From an uncultured Planctomycetales bacterium (GTDB lineage: Bacteria > Omnitrophota > Gorgyraeia > Zapsychrales > Zapsychraceae), in contig CAZHWM010000025.1 in NCBI GenBank assembly GCA_964535935.1, forward strand, positions 6,159 to 70,158: a stretch of DNA of 64,000 nt, written 5' to 3'. Of the stretch, positions 47,647-57,094 are shown piece by piece (position 1 is the stretch's first letter; every line of letters begins with the position of its first letter). A program made the position numbers and the translations under genes. A model generated the notes under the pieces. The model did no database searches. It saw only the letters and a program-made list of their open reading frames with translations, and had not been told where the DNA came from.

Positions 47647-48672
47647 CTAAAGCCTTAAATCACCACAACGTTCTGTATACTCTGCTATCTTACTCATCAT
47701 CTGAATACTCTCACATGGATATCTACCAACCGCGGTTTCTCCAGAAAGCATAACAAAATCAGTCCCGTCAAGAATTGCATTAGCTATATCAGATACCTCT
47801 GCACGAGAAGGCCTAGACTGGACAGTCATGCTCTCCAACATCTGAGTTGCGGTTATAACAAGTTTCTTTTTACGGTTGCATCTGCGTATGATATATTTCT
47901 GTATCATAGGTATCTTATAAATAGGCAAAGTTACACCTAAATCACCTCTAGCAATCATTATCCCATCACACGCATCAATTATACTATCTATATTACGTAC
48001 TCCCTCTTTATTCTCAATCTTTGCTATAATTTTACACGAAGGTAAATACGGACTAACAAGATTCTTTACATTCAATATATCCTTTTTATTTCGAACAAAT
48101 GACTGAGCGATATAATCCATATTATGTTTTATCCCAAATTCTATATCCTTTTTATCTTTATCCGTAATAATATCAGCATGCAATTTTAACTGAGGGATGT
48201 TAATTCCTTTTCTCTCTTTTAACAGCCCACCTACAACAACCTTTAATTTTAACCTTTTACCAACACGGGCTGTAACCTTTAAATGAATAGTCCCATCATC
48301 AATATAAAAATCATAACCTTTAGCTATAAGAGAGAGAGCTCCCTCATAATCAAAAGGAATATGATCTTCAGCCTCATTCTCCTCATCATTAGACATGTAA
48401 ACTATCTGCCCCTCAACAAGTTTCTTTGCCTTCTTAAAATGTCCTACTCGTATCCTGTAACCTTCCAAATCCTGTAATATCTTTATATTAAATCCGTTCT
48501 TCTTATTAACCTTTTTAATCCTATCTATCATCATACTATGCTGATGATAACTCCCATGAGAAAAATTTAACCTAGCAATATCCATACCACTTGAAGCCAT
48601 TCTAGTAAGCATTTCCTCTGAGGAGCTAGCAGGACCTAATGTACAAATAATCTTTGTATCTCTGTTTTTCAT
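47647..48672 (-). CDS. pyk: Pyruvate kinase, short form lacking the C-terminal (allosteric/tetramerisation) domain
   Basis: 341 aa. TKIICTLGPASSS..M...GMDIARLNFSHG, IAKIENKEGV, IMIARGDLGV and MLSGETA.G.YP. The protein ends ~20 aa after the A domain. Confidence 0.88.
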   Translation of the reverse strand: MKNRDTKIICTLGPASSSEEMLTRMASSGMDIARLNFSHGSYHQHSMMIDRIKKVNKKNGFNIKILQDLEGYRIRVGHFKKAKKLVEGQIVYMSNDEENEAEDHIPFDYEGALSLIAKGYDFYIDDGTIHLKVTARVGKRLKLKVVVGGLLKERKGINIPQLKLHADIITDKDKKDIEFGIKHNMDYIAQSFVRNKKDILNVKNLVSPYLPSCKIIAKIENKEGVRNIDSIIDACDGIMIARGDLGVTLPIYKIPMIQKYIIRRCNRKKKLVITATQMLESMTVQSRPSRAEVSDIANAILDGTDFVMLSGETAVGRYPCESIQMMSKIAEYTERCGDLRL

Positions 48673-48711
48673 AATATTATTCTCCTATTATAAAAGATTA
48701 ATAAAAACCGC

Positions 48712-49164
48712 TCACAATACCCGTTTAAATCTCATATCAAGCTCCTTAAATACCGAGTCTGCAACCTTCTCCTTAGCTATAGAACTTAAAGAAGAGACAT
48801 CTACTCTAATAGCATTCTTGCCAGATGGATAAAAAAAGATACCGACCTCTGTAGTATCTATATTACCCTTAACTCCCATAACCACAATACAAGCCCTTAT
48901 CCTATCTTTTAAAAAAACATCAAAAACCTTTCTCTTCGTATAAGGGACATACATAGACTCATTACGTCCCAAACTTAAAACAGCATCAAAACAATCGTCA
49001 AAACTACATATATAGCTTCTACTTAATGCATTAAGTCGTGCATTTTCTAACGCTCTTATAGAAGACCCCCACAAAGTCCTGGGCATATCAGCTAACCATG
49101 AACACCCCTGAGAAAAAAATAAAGAATAAAACAAAAATAATACAAAAAAAAATCTTTCTTTCAT
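48712..49164 (-). CDS. Hypothetical lipoprotein
   Basis: 150 aa. Hydrophobic signal peptide ending in a lipobox-like FSQGC. No recognisable domain. Confidence 0.45.
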   Translation of the reverse strand: MKERFFFVLFLFYSLFFSQGCSWLADMPRTLWGSSIRALENARLNALSRSYICSFDDCFDAVLSLGRNESMYVPYTKRKVFDVFLKDRIRACIVVMGVKGNIDTTEVGIFFYPSGKNAIRVDVSSLSSIAKEKVADSVFKELDMRFKRVL

Positions 49165-49227
49165 CTAAAAATCCCCTTATATCAAATTAGATAAGATTAA
49201 AAATTATCCCTCCCAAAAGCTATGTTA

Positions 49228-49884
49228 TCACCTACTTGTAGCCTCTAAGCGTATCTTAAACTCCTCACATATCTTCTCTAATCCAAGGGCCTTAGCCCTA
49301 CTTTTGGTGAGTTCATACTGCAAAAACCGATCCTTTTCCAACAACTGTGCATTATGTTCTTCTATTTTCTTAGAATTTATCATCAGCTGAGAGCGTTCCC
49401 TAAACAATTCATCTCTCTCCTTACTCAACGATTCCATCTGTCTATGTAAACGAGCATTCTCACTACTCAAGGTCTCAATTGCCTGTCTAGCCTCTGCCAA
49501 ACTCTTCTCCATTTGCCTTAATACCTCAGTTTTATCCTTATCCAAGCTTTTATCCCTTAAAGCTATCTCATTTTTTATCGCCTCCTTTAACTGCCTATTC
49601 TCCATCTCAAGCCCTGCCACCTTATGTTTATATTCACGGGACAACCGATTTATTTTCTGCCTTAAAGCTAAGACCTCTGCCTTTAAATCATCTGCAGAAT
49701 TTATATTTTCCCCCCCATTATATTTTTCTGAGACAACAGCTACCTTACTTTCTGGCCTTCTTATCTCGGTTATATCTGATATAGGAACCGCCTCTAACTC
49801 AACAGAGTCTGCAAATCTCTTCTTGAACAACCATACACCACCTATAAATATTGCTACAACTATAACGATAAAATAAAGCCACAT
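49228..49884 (-). CDS. Membrane-anchored coiled-coil protein, unknown function
   Basis: 218 aa. N-terminal TM helix (MWLYFIVIVVAIFIGGVWLF), then heptad-rich E/K/L/R sequence. Confidence 0.45.
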   Translation of the reverse strand: MWLYFIVIVVAIFIGGVWLFKKRFADSVELEAVPISDITEIRRPESKVAVVSEKYNGGENINSADDLKAEVLALRQKINRLSREYKHKVAGLEMENRQLKEAIKNEIALRDKSLDKDKTEVLRQMEKSLAEARQAIETLSSENARLHRQMESLSKERDELFRERSQLMINSKKIEEHNAQLLEKDRFLQYELTKSRAKALGLEKICEEFKIRLEATSR

Positions 49885-49908
49885 AATATCATTACCCTCC
49901 CTATACTC

Positions 49909-50901
49909 TCAAAAATATCTATGATCAGCTAAATATCCCACATAATCCCTAACTGCATCTTCTAGACCTGTAAACCCCTTAGAATAACCTGACGCCTGCA
50001 ACTTAGACATATCTGCTTGGGTAAAATACTGATAACGATCTTTTAATCCCTCTGGCATATCAATATACTCAATACAAGGTTCTATCCCTACAGCAGAAAA
50101 AAGCGCATAAGCCAGATCATTCCATGTTCGTGCCAGTCCTGTTCCAACATTAAAAATACCATTTGTCTGTGGATTATCAAGGAAAAACATAACCACATCT
50201 ACCGCATCCTTAACATAAATAAAATCACGTTTCTGTTCTCCATGCTTATACTCTTTCTTATAGGATTTGAAAAGTGCAATCTTGCCTTCATTCACCACCC
50301 TTCTATACGATTTAGCAACCACGCTCATCATATCCTTTTTATGATACTCATTCGGGCCGAAAACATTAAAAAACTTCAACCCTACCATCCTATCAATATA
50401 ACCATTATCCAGCACCCACTCATCAAACTTCTGCTTAGACCATCCATATAAATTCAACGGCCGACACCTACGTATAGTTTCCTCGTCATCCTTATACCCA
50501 ACACTACCATCCCCATAAGTAGCAGCAGAACTTGCATATATAAAACGAACATTTCTGTCTAACGCCCACTTAGCAAGATGCATAGTATATTCAAAATTAT
50601 TCTTATTAAAATATTGCTCATCCTGCAAAGTAGTTGAACTACACGCCCCCATATGAATAATACTATCCACCTCCGAAGACAACTTTCCAGATAAGAGATT
50701 CTGCAAAAATTCCTGCTTATCATAATATAATGCATATCTCTTACCTTCCAAATTCCTCTTCTTCATACCTTTTGTATCCAAATGATCAACCACAATAATA
50801 TCATCTCTACCCCTATCATTAAGAACACGAATAATACAACTCCCAATAAAACCAGCACCACCAGTTACTACTATCACAACTATCCCCCCTTCAACTTCCA
50901 T
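49909..50901 (-). CDS. hldD: ADP-L-glycero-D-manno-heptose 6-epimerase
   Basis: VVTGGAGFIGSCIIRVLNDRG..DIIVVD, GACSSTT, FIYASSAATYG, PLNLYGWSK, FFNVFGPNE, KRDFIYVKD, NVGTG and RYQYFTQADMSKL are collinear with E. coli RfaD/HldD. The track start (50949) lies inside repeat R6. Candidate starts are ATG 50901 or GTG 50877, the latter with AGGGGGG 6 nt upstream. Confidence 0.9.
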   Translation of the reverse strand: MEVEGGIVVIVVTGGAGFIGSCIIRVLNDRGRDDIIVVDHLDTKGMKKRNLEGKRYALYYDKQEFLQNLLSGKLSSEVDSIIHMGACSSTTLQDEQYFNKNNFEYTMHLAKWALDRNVRFIYASSAATYGDGSVGYKDDEETIRRCRPLNLYGWSKQKFDEWVLDNGYIDRMVGLKFFNVFGPNEYHKKDMMSVVAKSYRRVVNEGKIALFKSYKKEYKHGEQKRDFIYVKDAVDVVMFFLDNPQTNGIFNVGTGLARTWNDLAYALFSAVGIEPCIEYIDMPEGLKDRYQYFTQADMSKLQASGYSKGFTGLEDAVRDYVGYLADHRYF

Positions 50902-50908
50902 CTTCCCT

Positions 50909-50977
50909 ATTCTGCACGATTTAACCTTGTTGATTTGTGCATTTTGCACAAATCAACAAGGTTAAATCGTGCAGAAT
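50909..50977. repeat. Palindromic intergenic repeat, copy R6 (near-perfect hairpin)
   Basis: attctgcacgatttaaccttgttgatttgtgcattttgcacaaatcaacaaggttaaatcgtgcagaat. TA at both junctions. Confidence 0.95.
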
Positions 50978-50993
50978 AAAAATTACGACTATT

Positions 50994-52724
50994 TTAATGA
51001 CACAATTTCTGCATACGTCTCTTTTTCCCAAACTCTACACGTCTACTAAACTCCCCACCCGTAAGTGCATCTATCATCGCAGTAAGTTCTTCTATCCTAA
51101 GCTGCTTATCAAGCCTTGCTTTTGCATCCATAGACCTATTCGTTAACAATTCTATCTGTATTCTACGCCTTTCAAAATATAGACGAGTAACCTGATCAAG
51201 TATATCCTCCCTTAACTGCACCATTAACTTAGAACGCATATCAATAGATGTCTGTTCCTCATTCCAAATAACATTACTTAAATCCCATGAAAGAGACACA
51301 TCCCAGCCAAAATTATTGTGAAATGTCTTATCATCTGGTCCGACATAAGACTGCCCACCACTGGTATAACTTCCCCACACGCTATCTGAGACAGTCTTAT
51401 TTTTATCCCCATCTATCCCAACCGTAATTTTAGGTAACCATGCCTTTTTTCTTACCTTCCTACGCCATGCCTTTATCTTCTCAGGACTAACCTCAGCATA
51501 TTCTATAGCCAACTCCTGCACTTTATTTATATCAGGCTCATAACTAAAATAACTTCTTATATCCTCATATTTATTGTTATATAGAACCTCTTTTGCATTA
51601 GAACTGTTCTTAAATCTATTCTTTTTTTTATTCTCTTTTTTAAAAGAAAAAGAAACAGAATTTCTTAAACATATGGAAAAAATGCCAGAATCTGTGCCAA
51701 CATACGACTTATGTCCTTTTCCAAAAACAACACAGTTAACCTTATTAGTATCCAACCCCTTATAAAGAGGGACCCACCTATTCATATCATAGAGAAAAAC
51801 ACCATCTATAGTTGCCAACATAAATCTAAAATCATATATCTTACGCCTATCAAATTTGACCCTACACCAATCAACGGCAACCCCAGTCGCCTGTCTATAT
51901 GGAATACCCATTGAAGAAATCGACTTCCACTTATGACCATCATTTGGACTAAAATAAATACCCTTTGAAGTAACAATAAAAACATATCTACCTTTAACAG
52001 CAACTGATTTAATTAAAGAACACTCCTTCTCTGTTTCATTATTATCCTCTGTATCTGTATCATCTCCATCACCACCGCCCACTGAAAATACCGTGTCTAT
52101 CTTGCCATCCTTATCTATACGAAATAAGGAGTCTCTATCTGATACATAGACATAATCCTGATTTGAGGCAATATGATAAAGACTCTGTTTATAAATCTTT
52201 CTAATCTTAACTCTATGCCAAAGATTATCACTTATACTATCTCGGACAAAAAGACCTCCTGCAGTAGCTAAATAAATATTCTTCCCCAAACAAACAACGG
52301 ATAAACACCGAGCATCGTCTTCGACCGTTGAATAATAAATTCGTTTCCAGTGAATACCACTATCTCTACTCTCATATAACCCCGAGTCCGTAGCTGCCAA
52401 AATCTTCCCCTCATCAAAAGGAGATATATAAATTGCATTCACCCCTCTAAATTGTCCCTCTGGCTGTAAACTCCTATGGCATTCATCATCCTTCAATTTA
52501 TACAGTCCAACAGATGTCCCGATATAAATATCCCGGCCATTTAAAGAAACAGCAATACATCTTATATCCCTATCATACCCTCTACAAGCCAACCTCTGCC
52601 ATTCTAATTCCTCTGCAAGGCACAACCTGTCAATTCCTATAGACAAACACACAAACACCAAAAACTTAAAACACCAGCTATTCATAAAACAAAAATTAAA
52701 AAAACCGCAAACCATTAAATACAA
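50994..52724 (-). CDS. Secreted repeat protein: beta-propeller-like N-terminal region (BNR/Asp-box-like repeats) with a coiled C-terminal region
   Basis: 576 aa. Recurrent (G/A)T..G(L/I/V)(Y/F) blades (GTSVGLYKL, ATDSGLYESRDSGIHW, ATAGGLFVRD, TSKGIYFSPNDGHKW, ATIDGVFLYD, GTDSGIFSI). SRDSGIHW fits SxDxGxxW. The C-terminal ~170 aa weakly resembles a single TolC-type OEP repeat. Confidence 0.45.
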   Translation of the reverse strand: MYLMVCGFFNFCFMNSWCFKFLVFVCLSIGIDRLCLAEELEWQRLACRGYDRDIRCIAVSLNGRDIYIGTSVGLYKLKDDECHRSLQPEGQFRGVNAIYISPFDEGKILAATDSGLYESRDSGIHWKRIYYSTVEDDARCLSVVCLGKNIYLATAGGLFVRDSISDNLWHRVKIRKIYKQSLYHIASNQDYVYVSDRDSLFRIDKDGKIDTVFSVGGGDGDDTDTEDNNETEKECSLIKSVAVKGRYVFIVTSKGIYFSPNDGHKWKSISSMGIPYRQATGVAVDWCRVKFDRRKIYDFRFMLATIDGVFLYDMNRWVPLYKGLDTNKVNCVVFGKGHKSYVGTDSGIFSICLRNSVSFSFKKENKKKNRFKNSSNAKEVLYNNKYEDIRSYFSYEPDINKVQELAIEYAEVSPEKIKAWRRKVRKKAWLPKITVGIDGDKNKTVSDSVWGSYTSGGQSYVGPDDKTFHNNFGWDVSLSWDLSNVIWNEEQTSIDMRSKLMVQLREDILDQVTRLYFERRRIQIELLTNRSMDAKARLDKQLRIEELTAMIDALTGGEFSRRVEFGKKRRMQKLCH

Positions 52725-52783
52725 AAATATTGATTCTGGGATTAAAAAATGTTATTCTTTATAATCAATAATCTTTCATTTTA

Positions 52784-53152
52784 ATGACTTTAAACACTAT
52801 GAAAATACTCATATATTCTCCTAACAAAGACGTTCGAGAATCTATAAAGCTTCTACTTGCAAGACAATACGATCTAATCCTTACTGACTCTCCAGATCAA
52901 TGCAAGGAATGCATAAAAAATGCCACTATAAATCTAGTTATTGCAGAAATATCCAATCCAATATCCGAAAAAAATTGGCTGGAAGAAATTAAATCCCAAT
53001 CAAAAAATATACCTATAATACTCCTTATACCTCACAAATACGAAAAAGATAAACGAATAAAAGAATTTATCCAAATCGTGGATAAATATCTCTATATAAA
53101 ACCAATAAAAGAAGAAGCGCTACAAAACATATTAAAACAACTTAAAATATAA
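52784..53152 (+). CDS. Pseudo-receiver (REC-fold) protein lacking the phospho-acceptor Asp
   Basis: 122 aa and the only plus-strand gene. Collinear with the CheY-like protein at 54388-54750: ILIYSPNKDVRE vs LLIVDDEIDVRE, LVIAEISNP vs LVLLDIYMD, YLYIKP vs GYIHKP. The DD pocket becomes SP and the acceptor D becomes E. An alternative start is ATG 52799. Confidence 0.55.
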   Translation: MTLNTMKILIYSPNKDVRESIKLLLARQYDLILTDSPDQCKECIKNATINLVIAEISNPISEKNWLEEIKSQSKNIPIILLIPHKYEKDKRIKEFIQIVDKYLYIKPIKEEALQNILKQLKI

Positions 53153-54352
53153 CTACACAGCTCCCTTCCGATACAATTCCAAAATAGCCTGCACCACAAA
53201 CGGATGAAATTGAGTTCCTGAATGAGTCTCCAACTCTTTAATTGCCGTAGCCTTTGCCATAGCCTTACGATATGGCCGATCTGAGGTCATGGCATCAAAT
53301 GCATCCGCTACTGCTACAATAGCAGCAGATATTGGTATTTCACCAGGACCAAAAACTTTAGGATACCCTGAACCATCATAACCCACATGATGATACTTTA
53401 TACCTTCAATACATTCCTGTGATAATGAAAGAGGTTGAACCATTTCTGCACCACGTACCGGATGCTCCTTCATAATTTCATACTCTTCTTCTGTTAATTT
53501 ACCATGTTTATGTAATATGCTCTCTGGAATACCTATCTTTCCTATATCATGAAGCAAACTAGCTATATACAAACTATCAAAAAAAGTCTCAGGAAAATCC
53601 ATTGAATTATTTGCCACCATCTGCCTAGCAATATCCAAAGCAAGCCTTGTAACCCTCTCTGTATGTCCATGAGTATATACATCCTTCGCTTCTATGGCAG
53701 ATCCTAAAACAATAATCGTCTGAATGAATTGCTTACGATTCTTCTCTGATTCTCTTTTTAATCCCTCAAATAATTGCGCATTCCGTATTGCCATAGCTGC
53801 ATCTGAAGCAAGTGCAGCAAAAAAATTCAATTCCTCCTGTTCAAATCTACTTTCATCATGTTTCTCTCCCAACAACAATATCGCCATCAATTTATCTCGA
53901 TAATACGCGGGCACACAGGCAACCGTATTCAACATCTGCATCTGCTGTTCTACCTTATATAAAAATTCCTTAATTTCTCTCCCATTTCCATTACACATCA
54001 AACTTTCCCGCCAAACCAATTGATTAATATCATCAGATACAATAGCATTACGATTAACAGTAAATAACCTATAATTTCTATCCTTAAATAATTTAATTAT
54101 AGGACTATCCTCACTAAATCTAGTAAACCCTGATGGGACCTTAATACCAGTCATCCCCCTTGAAATACTCAAAACATAGGCATTAATAGAGGCATCAAAA
54201 AGAATCATAGCTGCATGCTTGATAGATAACTTCCTAACAATCATACGAACTATCAACTTTATCAAGAGCTTGGGATCATGAATCATGATCATGCTCTTGC
54301 TTGCAGCCTCTAGTTCCTTTTTAAAATCAATATTATTAGACGAAGGAGACAT
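53153..54352 (-). CDS. HD-GYP domain c-di-GMP phosphodiesterase with N-terminal GAF-like sensor
   Basis: 399 aa. HGHTERV, LLHDIGKIGIP, HHVGYDGSGYP and ADAFDAMTSDRPYR. Confidence 0.88.
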   Translation of the reverse strand: MSPSSNNIDFKKELEAASKSMIMIHDPKLLIKLIVRMIVRKLSIKHAAMILFDASINAYVLSISRGMTGIKVPSGFTRFSEDSPIIKLFKDRNYRLFTVNRNAIVSDDINQLVWRESLMCNGNGREIKEFLYKVEQQMQMLNTVACVPAYYRDKLMAILLLGEKHDESRFEQEELNFFAALASDAAMAIRNAQLFEGLKRESEKNRKQFIQTIIVLGSAIEAKDVYTHGHTERVTRLALDIARQMVANNSMDFPETFFDSLYIASLLHDIGKIGIPESILHKHGKLTEEEYEIMKEHPVRGAEMVQPLSLSQECIEGIKYHHVGYDGSGYPKVFGPGEIPISAAIVAVADAFDAMTSDRPYRKAMAKATAIKELETHSGTQFHPFVVQAILELYRKGAV

Positions 54353-54387
54353 TAGACAAAAAAATCGTTAAACAAACAATAAACTAC

Positions 54388-54750
54388 TTAATCTCTTTTT
54401 AACTCCGCCATAACAATCTTTTCTAACTCTTCTAGGATTAAAGGTTTATGTATATATCCTTTTATACCAAAACTATGCGCCTTTTTTACAATCTCCTCAT
54501 CCTCAACTCCACTTACCATAATAACATTCACATCAGAACCCGACTCCCTTATATTCTGAAGAACTTCTATTCCTGACATACCATCCATATAAATATCCAA
54601 CAGGACCAAATCAGGAGACTCTTCCAAAATCACCTTTACTGCCTCATAACCATCACCTATAGCAGAAACCTCAATACCTCGTTTTGCAAAAAACCTTTTA
54701 GCAAATTCCCTCACATCTATCTCATCATCCACTATTAATAACTTTGACAT
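54388..54750 (-). CDS. Single-domain response regulator (CheY-like)
   Basis: 120 aa. LLIVDDE, LVLLDIYMDGMSG, VIMVSG and IHKP. Confidence 0.92.
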   Translation of the reverse strand: MSKLLIVDDEIDVREFAKRFFAKRGIEVSAIGDGYEAVKVILEESPDLVLLDIYMDGMSGIEVLQNIRESGSDVNVIMVSGVEDEEIVKKAHSFGIKGYIHKPLILEELEKIVMAELKRD

Positions 54751-54798
54751 ATAACACCCCTATCTATTTTTCAAAAAAAAAAGTTTAATTCAACAATA

Positions 54799-56403
54799 TC
54801 ACCTAATCACAGACAACACAACTTCTACCTGAGACCCTTTACCATATTCTGAACGGAACAGAACTGTTCCCTTATGAATATCTTCTATTATTTTTTTTAT
54901 TATATATAAACCCAAACCTGTTCCTTTTCCTTGTTCAGCCTTAGTAGAATAAAAAGGATCAAATAATCTATGTATATCAGATTCTTTCACTCCTATTCCA
55001 TTATCCGTGATAACAATATGCCCCATTCCATCCTTTTCAAAAAAAGAAAATTCAACTCTACCCCTATAGTTCAAATCGTTGAATTCCCTATTTCGTTGAA
55101 CTATGGCCTCATATGAATTATCTATTATATTAAAAAACACCTCCTGAAGTTGAGTAAAATTGCCCTTCAATTTTGGGACATCGTTTCCAAATTTCCTTAT
55201 AAAATCCAAAATATTATCCATCATCTTAAACTGAGCCATCTCAATAGAAGCATCCAAAAGCCGGTTTAAATCAACAGCAGAAAAGCCATTTGAACCATTA
55301 CGAGAATATCCCAACAAACCAACAAGAACCTCTCCCCCTTGCCTAACATTTACCTGAATCCTATTCAAGGCATATTCTAATTCGCCATATAATTTATCCA
55401 TCATCATATTCATACTACCATCACCTCTTCTCCCCATTCTTATAGTATCTATGGCATCTCCTGCAATAAATCCAATAGAATGCAACCTATTATTTATCTG
55501 ATGAGAAACACCATCCGCAATAGTACCTAAAACCGCCATCTTTTCTGCCTTAAGTAAACGCTCTTGGATATTATGGATATCTTCCCTCAAGCTCACATTC
55601 TCAATAACCAATGCTGCGTGATTACAAAGCATAGAAAAAGCCATCAATTCATCACTACTAAACAGTTTTCCAGATCTTTTTTCTCCTAAGACAATAAATA
55701 TAGCAAGCCTACCATCTATAAAACCCGGTAATACCACCGATGCAGACATTCTATCCATTATCTCTACAATACCACCAATAACCCCATTACCAGCCCCCCC
55801 ATCAACCAAAGAAACAACCTCCTCATAAACCACAGGTCGCTGTATTCTCTGCATATACTCTACCAAAGAAGAATCTTCAAAGATGGAATTGGCAGCTTCA
55901 ACATTACCATCCCTACTCCCACCAGAAGCCTTCAATACATAACGCTGAGCCTTATCATGATAAACATAAATACTACAATGCTCTACCCTAACAGAACGAA
56001 TAATAACCCTTACAATAAGTCCCAATAAACGGGATAACTCTTTCACCTTAACCATACCCAAGGCAGCCTTCCATAACGCTAACTGATACTTCCTATGATC
56101 TTTCAAAAGCTGGGCTTGAGAAACATGGCGTGATCGTATATAGAAAAATACCCCCAAAACCATTACTCCTGTAGCAACTACAAGAGGCAGATCTTCAGGA
56201 CCAAACATCTCCTCATATCTATACTGGCTTATAAATACAAACAAAAACGGCATCGCTACAAAAACTACTCCCACTAAAAAAAGCCCGCTAATAGCCAAAA
56301 ATACACGCGATACCTTTTTAAGTTTAGGATAGCTTACAGCATAAGCTATCAATAAAAAAGAAAAAGCTAATATAGGATAAAAAAAAGAAAAGGAATATCT
56401 CAT
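54799..56403 (-). CDS. Sensor histidine kinase (TM region, GAF-like domain, HisKA, HATPase_c)
   Basis: 534 aa. H-box DGVSHQINNRL, N-box NIIDNSYEA, G-boxes DNGIGV and GTGLGLYI. Confidence 0.88.
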   Translation of the reverse strand: MRYSFSFFYPILAFSFLLIAYAVSYPKLKKVSRVFLAISGLFLVGVVFVAMPFLFVFISQYRYEEMFGPEDLPLVVATGVMVLGVFFYIRSRHVSQAQLLKDHRKYQLALWKAALGMVKVKELSRLLGLIVRVIIRSVRVEHCSIYVYHDKAQRYVLKASGGSRDGNVEAANSIFEDSSLVEYMQRIQRPVVYEEVVSLVDGGAGNGVIGGIVEIMDRMSASVVLPGFIDGRLAIFIVLGEKRSGKLFSSDELMAFSMLCNHAALVIENVSLREDIHNIQERLLKAEKMAVLGTIADGVSHQINNRLHSIGFIAGDAIDTIRMGRRGDGSMNMMMDKLYGELEYALNRIQVNVRQGGEVLVGLLGYSRNGSNGFSAVDLNRLLDASIEMAQFKMMDNILDFIRKFGNDVPKLKGNFTQLQEVFFNIIDNSYEAIVQRNREFNDLNYRGRVEFSFFEKDGMGHIVITDNGIGVKESDIHRLFDPFYSTKAEQGKGTGLGLYIIKKIIEDIHKGTVLFRSEYGKGSQVEVVLSVIR

Positions 56404-56446
56404 TAGGCTATCTAACTTAAGCCATTAATATTAATTTTTCTCTTAC

Positions 56447-56533
56447 CTACTTTTTCTTTTTCCATGGTCTACTTTTTCCATGAGTCCCACGCCATATTTT
56501 ACCACGTCTTGTTCTCCTGTCACCTTTTCCCAT
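56447..56533 (-). CDS. 30S ribosomal protein Thx (bTHX), 28 aa
   Basis: Manual translation gives [28 protein letters not shown]. This is near-identical in its first ~20 residues to Thermus thermophilus Thx as I recall it ([25 protein letters not shown]). GGGGGGAAG lies 4 nt upstream of the ATG. Missed by the ORF track because it is under 60 aa. Confidence 0.8.
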   Translation of the reverse strand: MGKGDRRTRRGKIWRGTHGKSRPWKKKK

Positions 56534-56608
56534 AGAGCTTCCCCCCGTTTATAATAGCCATAAAACAAAAAACGTTATCAAATAAAATAATAAATTATTA
56601 GCATCTTA

Positions 56609-57031
56609 TTAATCTAACGACAACGCAACATTAAGTAAATCATGTCTACCTACAACTCCAACCAACTTATCTCCATCAAATACTGGTAGAGTATGCACCT
56701 TCTTTCTCCTCATAATAGCTATAGCCTTAGCAACTGACACATCCTTCTGAAAAGTAATAACCTCTTTTCTTGAAACCTCTCCTACTTTCATCTCAGCAAA
56801 CTTTTTTAATTGAGCAGCCTTTTTTATCTTAGTAGAAAATGCCTCATCTATCAATCGTAATGCATCTGTTGTAGTAAAGACCCCAATCAATTCATCTTCA
56901 TTGTCCCTACTTACAATAAGCACACCATTTATCCTATATCTAAGAAGCAAATGAGCTGCACTACCTATAGACACATCTTCATTAACCTTTATAGGATGCT
57001 CACACATAATATCTTCCAACGTAGCAGTCAT
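56609..57031 (-). CDS. CBS-domain pair protein
   Basis: 140 aa. Two CBS repeats (HPIKVNEDVSIGSAAHLLLRYRINGVLIV; VITFQKDVSVAKAIAIMRRKKVHTLPVF). Confidence 0.86.
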   Translation of the reverse strand: MTATLEDIMCEHPIKVNEDVSIGSAAHLLLRYRINGVLIVSRDNEDELIGVFTTTDALRLIDEAFSTKIKKAAQLKKFAEMKVGEVSRKEVITFQKDVSVAKAIAIMRRKKVHTLPVFDGDKLVGVVGRHDLLNVALSLD

Positions 57032-57094
57032 TTTCTTCCCCCCTTATTTATAAAAATTAAAAATAACAAACAAAATAAATTTACACCGTATTTA

